This document shows, in pieces, positions 22,231 to 32,817 of a stretch of 64,000 bases of DNA. The notes below the pieces were generated by a model. It was given only the letters and a program-made list of their open reading frames with translations, did no database searches and was not told the DNA's origin. How positions within the stretch are numbered: the stretch's first letter is position 1; each line of letters starts with the position of its first letter. The stretch is taken from assembly GCA_030704615.1 (NCBI GenBank), contig CM060734.1, positions 42,780,001 through 42,844,000 of the forward strand. The letters run 5' to 3'. The position numbers and the translations under genes are program-made. The stretch comes from Takakia lepidozioides. Its lineage: Eukaryota > Plantae > Bryophyta.

Positions 22231-24929
22231 TATCTGGAGCAGTAGTGTGGTCCTGAAAGGTCCTTGGAGCAGTTCTCAGAGCCATTTCAATCTATGTTTT
22301 ATTCTTTCTGTTCTACTTGCATCTTACTCACTGAGCGCTTTTGTGGGTTGGGATTTATCTCCTTTTTTCAGGTACACGAAATATGTGCTTATGGAAGGAA
22401 ATCACCTGAGCGGAATTCCCGACTATCTTGACTGTGGTCGGACCCTGCAAACGATCCAACCATGTATACTGCAGGGATATTGAAGGACTGGAGTCCTTCT
22501 CACTTCAGAGACTGTGGGTGGTACCTTGACTGCCCACCTGAGCACACGACCTTTCAAGAACAGCATATGAAATACTTGAACAATAACGCTGAGATGCTGG
22601 CGCCTTTGACTGACGAAGAGTATCAACGAAACATAGCAACATTGGCTGCCAAGGAGCCTGATGCTCAGGGAACGCCGCAGAAGGGAAAGAAGGCGGGCCG
22701 CAAACCAAAAGACAAGGCTGTTGATGTCATAGCCATCTCACCAGCAAAGCCAAAGGACAAAGACAAGTCCAAAGAGAAGGAAAAGGACAAGGGGAAGGAG
22801 AATGAAAAGGAGATGGAGAGTGGGCAGGACTTTACTGCTGGAGAATACCCGCACTCTTCAGTGCGTGTTCGATGCCAAGCCACACCCTTCCCGTTCTGAT
22901 TCAGCAGGAGAGATGAAAATTGTTAATGAGGGTTGGCTTTCGATGATGCAGAGTCGAAAGAGAGGATACACTGGGGTGCCATCCCCTACCTGGGACAATA
23001 TAATCTCATTCCTCAATCTGGTGAGAATTCCACTTTCTTTCCTTTTTCTCTGAAAGTTTCGTTGGCAGTATTTCAGTCTCGTTCTTTGAAAACAATCTTG
23101 CCATCGTTCTTATAAAAAACATGTCTGTTGCAGGTGAGCACAGGTCCCACCTTCGTGTGCGGTGTGCAGAAAACTTATGCGGCCGACATTGTCATTCTCA
23201 ACATCCCCCGGATGGCCAGGCTGTGCCAGAAGTTCTTCCAAAGGGCAAGACGCCAGGCTGGAACAAATTCGAGGACAACTACTGGAGTTGGGTGTTCGGG
23301 TTCTGTAACAATTTCCTCTCTGATGCAGGACACTTCTGCTTTTTCAGTCATGTGACAATGATAGTCGTCGGGCATTGGCATCATACCTCAAGTCTTCAGG
23401 GTTTGAAGTTTTGCGCACATGGAATTGTGTGAACAGCCTCTACCTTGTGAAAGGGGGTTTCCCTGGTCAGCTGGTATGCGTCTCCCTTCTGCTTGTGCTT
23501 TGATCATGAGTTTCAATTTTCTCTGCAGCTCCACTCTAGTAGAATGTTTTATGATCGACACCGATCATCACCGATTCATGATTTTTTGTGTCAGAGTTCT
23601 GAATAGCCGATGTACACACTTCCACTATAGATTGTGTTTACCACACTAACCTGCTATCTTTGCCAGACGAGGATGTTCGAGGCGATCTGCCTGCGGAGGA
23701 TTCGCACATCAAAGACACCATCCTCCATCCGCAGCTTTGAGATTTCTGACCAGGGTTGTTTCGTCAACCCCCCTATGAGCCCCATGTCGATGACATTTTG
23801 TACAACTTCATGCAGTCCAGTCAGACTCTGAAGAGACCAGATGGCACTCCCTGGAGAGGTGCAAAGGAAAAGTCACCAGCATTCATGCAAATACTGCTGG
23901 AGTCATGCAGCCACCGCTCTGCACGGGTGGTCGATCTTTCTGTGTCCACAGGTTCGTTTTTTCCCTTCCGAATTGGTTTCCTTTCAACAGTTTCATCTGC
24001 TTAAATCCCCCCTCCAAACTGTTCATGTTCTCCTGTCTGGTGCAGGAGCAACTTACCACGCATGCAAGGCAGGCGGAAGAAGCCTTTTTGGCATGGAGGG
24101 TGATTCTGACCTCTACAACACCGTGCTCCTCCCCCTTTTGTCTGGCTCCACTTTAGGCACACAGACTGATCGGATTCAAATTCAAAATGATGACGATCCC
24201 GAAGATAAGCAGGTCGACAACGACTTTTCATGTGAGTAAGTGCTAAACCCTCTTTGGGAGTCATACTCAATTTCTCGATAACATCAAAGTTACAGTAATA
24301 ACTTTTTCAGGCTGTCTTTCAGGAAAGGCAGCGGTGGATCTTCAGGAGATACAGTCATTTCTGGCGAGTCTGTTTTCGACAGCCCCCTTTCCAATTTTCT
24401 GCTTCCTGTTTATGCCGAAGCAATGGCACTTCACGCGGCCGAGTCCCTATCCCCTGACTTTTTAGTGGCCAGCCGGGTTTAAATTGCTATATGTATGAAT
24501 CCATCTCACAAACCTTCCTGACTCTTCTCATATCCATTGTGCATTCATCTACACTGTATTCATGCGTGCTCCATTCATGAAAGCTTCCTTTGTACAACAT
24601 CCATTGTACATTCATCCTCTGTACTCTTTAATCCACCCCACAAACCTTCCATACTCATTTCATATTCTTTGTGCATTCGTCAAAAGATTTGGTCATGCAT
24701 CTTCCTGTCATGAATTTTTGTCATTGCTCAACATCCATTATACATTCATCCATTTTAATCTTATCCATCCGTCATTCATCCATCTATATACATTTTTCAC
24801 ACTCATCCATCTGTTTATCATCCAACTGTACATTCATCCATCCTTTATTCAATGCCTTTTATTATGTCGTCCAGCTTGTTTCCGCGGTAAAGGGTGCCAA
24901 TCCGCGGGAATACACTCCACTTCTTTCTG

Positions 24930-25065
24930 GGCGCGTGGTGACGCGGCCTTCACGTGTGATGATGTGGACTGAGCCCCGTGACGTGGCATTTGCGCAAGGT
25001 GACGTGGCGTGAGCGCAGTTGCGCTCACGCGCTCACGTGACCAGGCTCACGCCGAGGCATCCCTG
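24930..25065. repeat. Right TIR/subterminal repeats of the MULE
   Basis: TGACGTGGC at ~24979 and 25000; GCGCTCACGCGCTCACGTGACCAGGCTCACGCC is inverted relative to the left end. Confidence 0.8.
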
Positions 25066-25366
25066 GTCGTAGGGGTTGTGCAAAACCAGGGGCCAGCTTC
25101 TCACTGTGGTGGCAAAGAGAAAATTCCTTTCCCTCCTCTCCCACATCATGCAATACAAAGTCATGTCAGGCACATACCCCACCTCCTTCATCTGCCCAGA
25201 CAATCTTCTCAGCTCAGCATGGATTTCCTTAATTCTGGGATGCAACTTGTCATCTACAACGAAGGTGTGCACCCTGTTGCCAACCTCAATGCAGAAGCGA
25301 CCTGGCTCCTTTCTAACCTCTCTGATCTTTATCATTTTTCTCATCTTTGCAATATCATCCCACCTC

Positions 25367-26089
25367 TGTCGCGCACCTCACTTCGGTAAGCTCCCCTTCA
25401 AGTCATAGTTACTCGCTTTGATGCGCGCGCCTAACTCCCAAGCAGGCCGCCGGGCCAACTCGGAGCTTCGGCTGCTCACTGGGACATATGGTCCCCCTTT
25501 GCTCCTCCACAAGACCCTCGCTCACTTTGGGCCTAGTGGAAATTCCCTTTGGTTGTTGGCAGTCCGGAACAGCTCCCCACACCTTGGTCGCTTTCCGGCT
25601 CGCACGCTTACTCACTAGTTTTTGGTCAACAATGAGCTTGCACCGTTCTCAGGGTTACTACTCCCTATATATACTTCTTTGACTGTCCGCGGGGGTTTCA
25701 CAAACAACCTAGTCATTTTATGGCGAACCACCACGAAGACCCTCGATTCCCGGTGATGAGTCGCGGTGAGTCTTGGCCCACCACCACGGCCCCATTGGAC
25801 CGTGATGAGTCCCAAGACTCCCCACGACTCCCACCACAAGGTCTCCGCCCCATAGTGAGTCCTATGCCACCCCCACTAAGACCCACTAAGCTACCACCAC
25901 CCCTCGTGGGACCACCCCCACCGCAACCCGGTGTGTGGGGCTCCACCTAGTGAGCGCCTCCGCCTCCTTGAGTGCCTTGGGCATTCAAGGGTGCTTCAGC
26001 CCCCGTACCTATTGTTGCCACTGCCCCCACCACAGGGGCAGCCCATTTTGTGTCCCGACCCCCTGCCCTCAAGGCAAAGGGCCGCAACA
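25367..26089. mobile_element. Solo LTR inserted in the E domain
   Basis: Begins TGTCGCG and ends CGCAACA (imperfect terminal inverted repeat); flanks cctc/cctgc resemble a degraded TSD. Removing it rejoins the E2 sequence as in the paralog at ~29700-29750. Confidence 0.7.
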
Positions 26090-26157
26090 CCTGCCAGCTG
26101 CAACACATAAGTCGCGGCATCATGTTCATCCCAATTGAGGATAGATGTTGCCGCACG

Positions 26158-26246
26158 ACCCCACCCCCCAAAGAGGGCAACAGCCGCAAGGTGAAGTGGC
26201 TCTTAGTTACGTCGGCCTCGGCCGGAGTCTTCTCTCTCTCTCTCTC
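26158..26246 (+). mobile_element. 89-bp insertion with (TC)n tail and 9-bp TSD (truncated non-LTR retroposon/SINE end)
   Basis: TGCCGCACG is duplicated at 26149-26157 and 26247-26255; the insert ends in a (TC)n tract. Confidence 0.7.
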
Positions 26247-29200
26247 TGCCGCACGTTCAGCCATTTCCACATTGCCATGGATTCTGCAGGCACCAAGCAA
26301 GGCCTTCCACACCACAACATCTGGATTGATTGGCAGTTTATAAATCATGTCCACTGCCTCATCCAATTGTCCCGCACGTCCAAGAAGGTCCACCATGCAG
26401 CCAAAGTGCTTTACTGTCGGAGTAACACCATGATCTTGATTCAGAGAATCGAAGTAGCGTCTTCCTTCATTTAGTAGGCCAGTGTGGCTGCATGTAGAGA
26501 GAACACATATAAAGTGATACTGTTCGGCTTCAAGCCGTTCTTTTACATTCCTTCAAATAGTTGCAGGACCTCCCTATGACAACCATGTTGTGGGCATATC
26601 CTACGATCATCACATTCCACGACACTGTAGATGCATATATTGATACAAAGTTATTTTCAGATCGTTTTTGATCTTAAGGCAGACAGTTTAGGCATTGTAT
26701 TGCCAAAGCAGGGCAATTCGCGAGTTATCTGGGAATCGTTGGTAAAGCACATAGGAATTTAGATTATGTCTGAGACGACCATGGAGGAGCTCTGGCGTCA
26801 AAATGATCGTAGGGAGCTGCATCGACAGCGAGTTAGGCTGCCAATTCGGTACCAGTAACGACAACATGCACCTGTTCGAAACAATACATGACGACTATTC
26901 CAGTCCCGGATTGCGATCTCTCTATTCTCCTGCCTTTCAAGTCCAGTAAGCGCGGAGGAGTCTTTGGCAATTGGAGGAAACAATCTGTACAGCGATGAAA
27001 TATCGCGATAAAGCAAGTGTTGCATCGGAGCAAACGACGGGTGAAGGAGCTTCCCGGCGAAGTTTTGAACTCCTCAGCGATGCAAGGTGTGTAGGAGGAG
27101 ACTCCAGATGAGCTGTGACCCAGTGGCAGGGCCAAAGACCCCCTGGGGGCACCACCAGTATTTTTACTGCCAGGAAGCGGCAGACTACCTGTATGGCGAA
27201 ACCATGGAAACCAACCAAAGGTGTGGGCTTGATTCCTAAGGCCCTGTCTCCTGGGGCTTCACACCTGTGCTCTTCACACATGTACATAGAGATGCACACA
27301 CATCCTTTTTGAAAGAGGGTTAGTTTTTATAGATTTTTAGCAAACAATGCTATAAGGTCCTTTCTTGGAACAAGCTTGAACAACAAATGAAACAAATAAA
27401 TTCAAAGGTCAAGATAGTATAGTAAGTCACCCTCTGAAACAAGTGATGCTTGGGATGCACTAAATCGCTCGGTAGAATGGTACTCAAATCTGGTCCTCCT
27501 CCGGCACTCCTACTCGTCCTCAAGTCTCCCACTTCATGGAGCGCTTCATCTACTTCTCACCTCAAATGGCCACAAAGCCTTGAGCTAGGACTATCCTGCT
27601 CTCACTATGCTTGCTTCTAATACTAGAGAGCCACAAGCTCAACTTTCTAGGAACTAGCTCCCTCAAGCTCAAAATTAACTACACAAGCAAGAGGCCAAAA
27701 CAAGGAAATGATACTTGATTTAAGAACAAGAGGAGCCTGCTCTTCTTTTATTGTGTTTTTGGGGCCTCTAAAACTAGTGAATGATAGTCTTAAACTTATT
27801 TTTCCTACATGAGTCTATAATTTAAAAATGATAGAACACCATAAAATAATCACCATGGATGGAAAACCTTGGTATTAATGATAAATTTGGTTTTTCATTC
27901 ATCCAATGGATGACCAATTGGCGCTAGGTTGTCTTCTCATCCCTCCAGCTTGCAGGTCGAATTTCCAGTTTTCATCCATTGGATGAACTAGAATTCCATT
28001 TGATCGCCTTTCGCAACTGCCTCCGGTGTGATAATTTGATGCCGTCTCTCATCACCTCCAAAAATCCCCAAACTTGGTGACAAATTATAATTAGATGGCC
28101 CATAGCTGCCCGTAAAATCTCAAAATATTCATCAGGTGCACTCACAGATTCTGGGGCTTGCCTTAAATTTTCCGAAAATTTTGGATTTTATTCAATACTC
28201 TAGCTCCAGCAGCTTGGCCCCTCCCTGGCAGTTGTGGCAGGGATATTGGAAACTAAACTCAAACTGGTTTCTTCCTCTTTACCTTTCCCTTTGCGGTTCA
28301 ACTTGTTCTACTAACAGTTCTGAACTTTAGAAATCATTGAAAGATTGCAAGTTTCATTGTCCAATACCACGATAGAGCTAGGTTTTCCACTACCTCACAG
28401 TCATTCAAGTTCAATTTGATAGCGTCTGTTGAAATTATCACTCTTTTGGTTTATGTACCACTCTCTGTTCCACCCCAATTACATCATGGAAGTGAGGGTA
28501 GATGTCCATTATTATGTTTAAGGAGAGGACGAGCTTGCATGAAGTGGCGAAGCTCTTGTCAAATTTCCCTTTCTAGCTTAGTGGCAACGGCCATATTGCA
28601 TAAGACGGCGAATCTATGGCCAAAATTTCCATATTATTAAGTTTATATCTATGTTCATAAGCCCCTTGGCCATAGAGTACCATGGGAGGCGTTGCTAACT
28701 AGCTTTATAAGTGGTTAAGCTATTTTGTAGAGAGCTGCCAAAAAAGCAGAGCCCAACACTAAAGTGCCGGCGCCTTAGGCGCCTTTGGGCTGGAGGTCAA
28801 CCAAGGAGGTTGCCTAGAATTGCCATGGAAAGGCGCATCTAACACGGGTGGCGCGGCCTTCCTCCGTGGAGGGAGTTGACCCCTGGAGCAAAGTACGGGT
28901 TGCTGGTACACTGCGTGGCAGCAATTTTCTCTTCAAAATTGAAGGTAGTTTGTTATATGAGCTTTCATGAATATGTTCAAAAGAGACCCACCTTCTTTCT
29001 TTCTTCATTCGTTAGTAGGATCTCAAGGCTGGTCTTCATAATGCTCTTTTCATAATTACGCAAAGCAAGCAGACCTTATTTCCTAAGCCCCCAACTTCTA
29101 TTTTAAGTGTGCTCGTATTACTCACATTGATGAAATATTCGAGTCATATTGATGGATATTGCTACTGGAGTGAGCCCCTCACAAAGGTTTGCTCTTGTTC

Positions 29201-29449
29201 CGCCCAGACTAGGGGCACGGCCACAATGCTATCCCTGTGTCTTCAGGTTGCCCCGAGTTTAAATTTCAGTCTCGTGCCGAGGGTGGGTAAACCCTTGAGG
29301 TCATCCATAATGGCCTCTCCCATGTCACAGACTGGAAACAAGTTCAGAGAGGTCAGGCTCAGCCTGATGAGAATACCCCCGGACATTGTAGCAGAAAACG
29401 AATATTGTCTTCAGGCCACCCTCACATTGGGCATTGACAATCTCCCTTT

Positions 29450-30000
29450 ACTCTCTGCATCTACTGGCCTACTAAATAAAGGAAATCAAGATCATGGTGT
29501 CACTCCAACAGTAAAGCACTTTGGCTATATGGTGGACCTTCTTGGACAACTGGATGAGGCAGTGGATCTGATTAATAAGATGCCAATCAATCCAGATGTT
29601 GTGGTGTGGAAGACCTTGCTTGGTGCCTGCAAAATCCATGACAATGTGGAGATGGCTGAACGTGCGGCGACATCTATCCTCAAATGGGATGAACAGGATG
29701 CCGCGACTTATGTGTTGCTATGCTTGCAGGTGGGATGATACTGCAAAGGTGAGAAGAATGCTAAAGATCAGAGGGCTTAGAAAGGAGCCAAGTTGCTGCT
29801 GCATTGAGGTTGGCAACAGGGTGCACACCTTCGCTGTAGATGACAAGTTGCATCCCACAATTAAGGAAATCCATGCTGAGCTGAGCAACGAGAAGATTGT
29901 CTGGGTAGATGAAAGGAGGCGGGGTATGTGCCTGACACGTGTTTTGTATTGCGTGATGTGGGGGAGGAGGAAAAGAAATTTTGCCTTTGCCACCACAGTC
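29450..30000 (+). pseudogene. PPR-E-DYW pseudogene, inverted paralog of 25076-26625
   Basis: HGVTPTVKHFGYMVDLLGQLDEAVDLINKMPINPDVVVWKTLLGACKIH...WDDTAKVRRMLKIRGLRKEPSCCCIEVGNRVHTF...VPDTCFVLRDVGEEEKKFCLCHHS, then truncated. Confidence 0.85.
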
Positions 30001-31239
30001 TCCAAAGCCCCATCCCGCGCTCCTGCTCTACACGCCCTCACCACAAGGGCATATTTCAGAACGACATCAATTCAATTCCAGCTTGGACGATGTCACCACG
30101 AACCCCGTCTTCACTCATTGCCTACTCTAGTTAAGTGCGATTATGGGCTAGGCTGATACCACATCTCATTCAGCCATATTATCAAACTGCATGCCATTTG
30201 TATCCTTGTAGTTGTACCCAAACACTCTCACAGAGTGCAGCGAGGCAAGATGCCGACACTAGCAGCATTCACAGCGGCAGTGAGTTGGCCTAGAGAGTTG
30301 CTTGAGGGCAATGCTCATTCAGAGGATGTACCACCTCCGGGAGAGCAGGATGACATGTATGGTATGACGGAGTTGCCTACCATGGTTGCTCAGACTCCAT
30401 TATGGGGCACGAGCAAGGATTTGCAGCGGGATGCTGATCGACGGGTGCAACAAGCCTGGGTGACATCCACTGCTGTCGGTTTGAATGTGTGGTTCGAAGT
30501 TGGGGATGTTCATTTGGCGTTCTTGGTTGATGGTAGGAGTAGACATTTGGCTGAAAAAGGGCTCCTATACAGGGATCCGCACAAGACACTTTGGTGCTTG
30601 CAATATTACAAGGTAAAATGTTTGTCTCTTTAAATGCCAGTCATGAGCATTTCTTCATATGCCATGGCTTGAATTCACAAAGCTAATGTCAGTTGTTCCC
30701 TTGCCAACGCATACTAATCACTAGAAATGTAATGTATCCAAAGGCACAAGCATGTCAGGCATTATAAGTTTTCCAGTTTCCAGTGGCACCAGTGGTTTAA
30801 ATTTGACGCTTTTGTTTTATGTTCTCGTTGCTAGAGCTTTATGCAAAAAGAGACACAACTTTAGGGATTGCTATGTGATAACTCCGAATTCATTGCTTTC
30901 TTGCCCACGCAATAATCTCATGTTAACTGAGAAGCCTTGGGTTTTGGAGAGGGTTTGTGCATAGTTAAACCAACTGGGGAGTATTGAGAGTTGTCACCAT
31001 GATGTCGTATGTCTTGTCGTGCATAACAGATCCGGAGATGAGAATTATGTATAAATGTCCTTATCGTGGAGGAGAACGGATGTTGGCAGCAGAGCTGTTT
31101 TGAATGAAGAAGGTTATCAATGAATAGCGTTATCTTCCTTATCATAATGTATAGTAATTTTCTGTTTTTCGAAATCTTATTGCAAATTTTCACTCATTTT
31201 GGCAATAGTTACTTTATTTAAATATATTTTCTTAAGTCA

Positions 31240-31460
31240 TTATTATTATTATTATTATTTTTAAAGAGAGCGATGGCTCACAATTCAGGCCCTTGAGGAG
31301 GGGGGAAAGTTAACCCCCTTTCAGATAAGCCATCAGGCACATAGGAGGGAACGTCACCACCGGACCAACTGGTCACGAACAATCCACACACGGGGCAGGG
31401 GCAGTGGGTTTTGAGTTTTGAACCCCGAACCACCAAGGCGACACATTGGCTGTCCCCTTC
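31240..31460 (-). mobile_element. Possible SINE remnant
   Basis: B-box-like GGTTCAAAAC on the minus strand near 31420 and a (TAT)n tract at 31240-31260 as a putative tail; no TSD identified. Confidence 0.3.
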
Positions 31461-32817
31461 TTTTTTCAATTTAAAAAGAAATGGTTGGTAAGGCGGTATG
31501 GGATGAACATCCAATAAGAATATTCGAATTACTACTGCAACGCACGTTTGCATGTACATAACGGAGAAGGGCATCTGCGCTGGCGTTACGGTGCCGACAC
31601 ACGCGCCGCGCTTGGCTGCGCGATCACATCGCCACCCTTTTCTGTCTATCACTGGGCTGCAATGTCGAGGACTCTCGTGCTAATCCTCTGAGTCAGCACA
31701 TTGCGCTCCGCCTCTCAGGTTCTCTCTGTCTTGCTTGAGACTTCTCTCTTGCCTCTACCTTCATCACCAGGAGAAGTATTCTGGGTTCAGATTCTATATT
31801 ACAGTAACTGGCTTGACACATACCGGTTGAGCAGTGGACCATCTGTCGGCACCTTATGACCTCCTCCTTAATCCAGCTGCGGCATCCAAAAATGTTGATA
31901 CGAGCTGAACTTACCTTGGCACTCGAGAGATGAAGCCCTGCAGTGGTTTGCAATCATAATGTAAGCTTCTTACCTGACTTGTTTGCTAGTGAATGCCTGA
32001 TTGTCTGGTGCTGGTTTTAAGTACTATGGGATCATATTTTGTTTTGTTGTAAGTGCAGCGTGGATCACTTACTCGAAGAAAGGGAATTTTCGCTGGCAAT
32101 AGGTTCCTTTCCGCTCTTGACTTTGTGAGATGGATGCTTGCTAGCAATTGGCAATTGTCTCCCTGTTCTCAAGGCAAAATGTCCACATTCAAATGAATTC
32201 TAGCCGAAAATTTGTCGATCTCAAGAAATTGCACCAGCGTATCGCTCTCCCTTTGTGGTGAAGAGGCAAGATTGTGCAAAGAGCCTCAGTCTGTATTTGT
32301 ATAGACTGATTCGAATCCTGAGAAGAGGGTAAGGAACGCAGAGATATGTATTTAGTTACCGGTCTTCAATTTCTCTATAAACTTGCTGTTCAAGAACATG
32401 GTTCCTGCACCGCTGTCCCCCTCTGTTCACCAACTTTCAAAATCTCGAAGCTAAGCTAAAGCCCCGGCCCTGTGGGGGTCTAACTTTTGGACATACAGCA
32501 GATTGATGCTTGTGTGAAAGGGTTTTCTAGAGGATTCTGGAAAGCCCGCACTAATTATTTATTTGAAGGACGTAAGTCACTAGTGGAGTGAGCCCCTCCC
32601 AAAGGTAGTGCCTATTCCCTATGTTTCCGTCCAAATCGGGCGCGGGGTCTATGGCCACAAGGCTACGGCAAGCAAAGTCTTGTGACTACATTTTCTATAC
32701 GCTTGCTGTTGGCAGTCGGATTGCTTCTGGTTTGAGAGTCTACCGTGGAAATGCCCCGGTTTTTTGAATTCTGAATGTTAACTCAAATCGTGGTCAATCA
32801 GATACTAGGGTTTGAGG

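Larger units (their letters stand above)
18927..24239 (+). pseudogene. ParB/Srx-like domain fused to beta-class N6A/N4C DNA amino-methyltransferase-like domain (multi-exon MULE cargo gene; frameshifted in this sequence)
   Basis: Introns at 19225-19663, 20293-20382, 21389-22371 (phase-consistent), ~23474-23666 and 23952-24045. N-terminal part: IPLCRMISMPVVRP...FVHGY...VFYVS...MFFVWDGNHRLLAW (DGNHR at 20144-20158; ParB/Srx DGxHR signature). C-terminal part: ADIVILNIP (motif IV position, 23182-23208)...FCNNFLSDAGHF...GFEVLRTW...EKSPAFMQILLESCSHRSARVVDLSVSTG|ATYHACKAGGRSLFGMEGD, matching the QKP..L..LI...S..G..VLDPF.GSGTT..A....GR...G.E.D block, in IV-then-I (beta) order. The start codon is tentative. 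Confidence 0.78.
13909..25065. mobile_element. Full-length Mutator-like element (MULE), 11,157 bp, with two divergent genes
   Basis: Perfect 10-bp direct repeat GTCGTAGGGG at 13899-13908 and 25066-25075 (Mutator TSDs are 9-11 bp). The ends are imperfect inverted repeats: left caacgacgcaatGGCGTGAGCgttgCACGTGAGCGCG versus right reverse complement cagggatgcctcGGCGTGAGCctggtCACGTGAGCGCG. A MULE transposase lies inside. Confidence 0.92.
25076..26625 (-). pseudogene. PPR-E-DYW RNA-editing factor pseudogene, interrupted by insertions
   Basis: MVDLLGRAGQLDEAVDMIYKLPINPDVVVWKALLGACRIHGNVEMAERAA (E1); WDDIAKMRKMIKIREVRKEPGRFCIEVGNRVHTFVVDDKLHPRIKEIHAELRRLSGQMKEVGYVPD (PG box/E+); frameshifted CHHSEKLA immediately before the MULE TSD. 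Confidence 0.85.

Noticed and set aside
18927-24239. Bacterial or phage contamination as the source of the ParB-MTase gene
   Set aside because: The gene has several GT-AG introns and lies within TIRs and a TSD embedded in plant PPR sequence.
26626-29100. Defined LTR elements interrupting the PPR copy
   Set aside because: The region starts with TG and looks repeat-like, but I could not identify matching ends, TSDs or coding domains.
30235-30633. 132-aa ORF as a gene
   Set aside because: No ATG start and no recognisable domain; probably a TE or gene fragment.
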